Assembly (NCBI GenBank): GCA_048128005.1
Contig: JBEUKZ010000127.1
Coordinates: forward strand, 434,001 to 498,000
Source of the DNA: Veleropilina oligotropha
Lineage: Eukaryota
Reading direction: 5' to 3'
Length of the DNA: 64,000 nt
In this document: one piece after another, positions 61,694 to 64,000 of the stretch
Layout: each line of letters begins with the position of its first letter
Position numbering within the stretch: the stretch's first letter is position 1
Notes under the pieces: generated by a model
What the model was told of the DNA's origin: nothing
The model's input: only the letters and a program-made list of their open reading frames with translations
Databases searched by the model: none
Position numbers and translations under genes: made by a program

Positions 61694-62466
61694 ACAATTC
61701 GATGAGAAGTAGGATATAGATTATACAGCATTCAGATGCTTCCAGACACGATTATATCGTGAACAGTTCCCTTAAACAATGGTGGTTCTGTATACTTAAT
61801 TATCGAATCGAAAACATAACCTGTTTAAACAACTGTAATTGACCGCAATAAAATAAACAGAGGCAAAGCTTCATTGCGGATAGTTATCAGACACGTGCTT
61901 TCCGATACTGCGTAATTCGGGATACATACAACACACATAATAGATTAATAATTTGTGCACAATTCGCGAATCTTGTCTAATAAAAATTAGTCAGGCACTT
62001 TCTTTCTGTGTTTGATGTGCTATTTATAACTATATATATAATACCCGGCTAGTATTGTTAATAAATTTATAACTATAATTATGCCATAGCATAATTTAAA
62101 TTACAAATGCCTCCCGTTTCCATGTAGCACACATATTTATTATCACCTATAGTAGTAGGCCTAAGATGGCATTGTTTCAGTTTGGCCTACGTAACATGGC
62201 CCACCGGCCCATCGCATACTCAAGATTTTGTGTTTGTGAATGTCTTGATTAAGCTGATTATGCAATAATTTTATTTACACCTGTGCTAATTAGTTGACAC
62301 ATAATGAGATTAACATAATGTGTAGGCTACCTGGTGATTTACGGTTATATCAACAATCGTAAATAAACAGCCAACCCAGGTTATAAATAATTGATATTCC
62401 TTTATTTTGCGCTGAGCACCCACACGTCATTTCATGAAATAATATCGGCGCAACAGTACATTTATT

Positions 62467-62554
62467 CATCCGGTATACGCAATATACAATTAAACATCCG
62501 GTATACGCAATATACAATTAAACATCCGGTATACGCAATATACAATTAAACATC
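62467..62554. repeat. 28-bp tandem repeat x3
   Basis: catccggtatacgcaatatacaattaaa at 62467, 62495 and 62523. Confidence 0.95.
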
Positions 62555-63602
62555 ATTGTTCCGAACTATGAACTCGCATACCGAGATTTGTTGATGTCAT
62601 TTCTTTGTTCCGGCTGAGTTACTGTATAATATCTCTAAATTAAACACTGATAAGTCGAACTTGGATAACTCGAATACTCAGATGTGTTGAAATATTATGG
62701 AAGTCTCCTGTAAATATTTCTTCATAAGGATGTCACAAGAACTACATGTAATAATTATAATATGAGACACCATTCGTTGGTTTAGGTATCGGAACACTTT
62801 GCATGATTTAATTCCATGTCAATCACGAGCGAGCCGAAAAAATCGATCTTTATTACATTAAATTGCTGAATAAACAACGTAGAACGGCGAGCATGGAGTC
62901 GTGCGCAACAGACGACGCACTACTTAGTGTGTACAGCTTTCACAGGCGCTTGGCGAATCTGCCGGTTTGTGAATCACGCAGGCTGAAAAGGAATGAAAGT
63001 TGGCATCATTTAAATTTTGGCGAAATGCCCATGCTCGGCGGTGATGGAATTTTCGTTGTGATGACACATTTTTCGTTATCACAGGGTAGTCTGTATGTTT
63101 TGTTACCCGCTGATAAGACTTTATGTATTTGAGAGTGTAGCTAAATTAATAAAATCAAGGTAATATTAACTATATAGATAGACTTAGTCCCAACCAATAT
63201 TCGAACCCACTACTGTTCGTGTCAGTGGAATCAAGTCAGTGATTTCAGAGTTTGTAAACCAAGTCACACGACTATTGGAGCAGCCGGACTCATTCAAAGT
63301 TATTATGCATCAAAAGTGGTTTAATATTCATTGCATAATGAAAAGTTACGGAACGGAAATGTAAACCACCATTTTGGACACACAAAATTATTATTATGTG
63401 TTGTGCGAAATTATACTGCGATAAGCCGTACTAATTTGCGTAATGGTAGAGCGAAATGCTTCTATCAACAGTTACTGGTCTTTGTGTTGCATCTCTTCCT
63501 GAACAAACATTTCTTAATAATATACATAGGGACTTATAAATAGTTTATCTTACATAAAAATAAAGATTCGTTTTAACATTTTGCAAGTTACATTTAGTTT
63601 GT

Positions 63603-63825
63603 TTAATTGGAGCCGTTTAGGCACATGTTTAGCACATTTGAATTATCAAAAAGATATTTAAGATTTGAAGTTGTAAAATAACCATATCTTATGTGAGCGA
63701 ACTCGGCACACTCAGGCAAGGTGTGCTTGAATGCGAGTTGCTCATCGCAAGAGATGGGTGGGTACTGATGGATCTTTCCCTTCAGTAGAAAATCGTGAGT
63801 TATTCGAGAATGTCCCATTCGACGT
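63603..63825 (-). mobile_element. 3' ORF fragment of an I-group-like LINE
   Basis: GHSRITHDFLL...C...L..KH.L.EC....R matches a decayed C-terminal zinc-knuckle region. Confidence 0.55.
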
Positions 63826-64000
63826 ATTAGTGCATATGCTAAGTTACGTTTGCTAATTTAAATTTTCCCCAAAAAGTTAAATTATCTAAAAAAAAATTTA
63901 AAATTTTCGCAAAAAATTAAATTTCCGGAAAAAATGTAAATTTTCGAAAAAAATTGCCATAACTCTTATTCTGCTTTCACTAGACTGTTCAAACTTCGCA

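Overview
AT-rich eukaryotic (probably invertebrate animal) genomic DNA, made up mostly of mobile elements; I could not identify an intact host gene. The centrepiece is a complete, visibly GC-richer, 15,883-bp endogenous Polinton/Maverick-like DNA virus (34123-50005). It has 228-bp terminal inverted repeats (AGCAGCAG...CTGCTGCT) and a 5-bp target-site duplication (CATGG). It encodes an rve integrase, an A32-type packaging ATPase, a probable double-jelly-roll major capsid protein, a probable penton and several membrane proteins. Its replication protein is unusual: Rho_N-like and OTU-like segments, a divergent PolB, an SF1 helicase and an HNH domain. It also encodes a secreted Cys-rich protein with an IL-17/cystine-knot-like pattern, and no adenain protease was recognised. 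The flanks hold four copies of one L2-type LINE, a second L2-type LINE inserted in a spliced Crypton-like tyrosine-recombinase pseudogene, a CR1, tRNA-derived SINEs, a ~3-kb direct duplication and a ~4.4-kb inverted duplication. All protein calls come from motif recognition by eye; no database searches were run.
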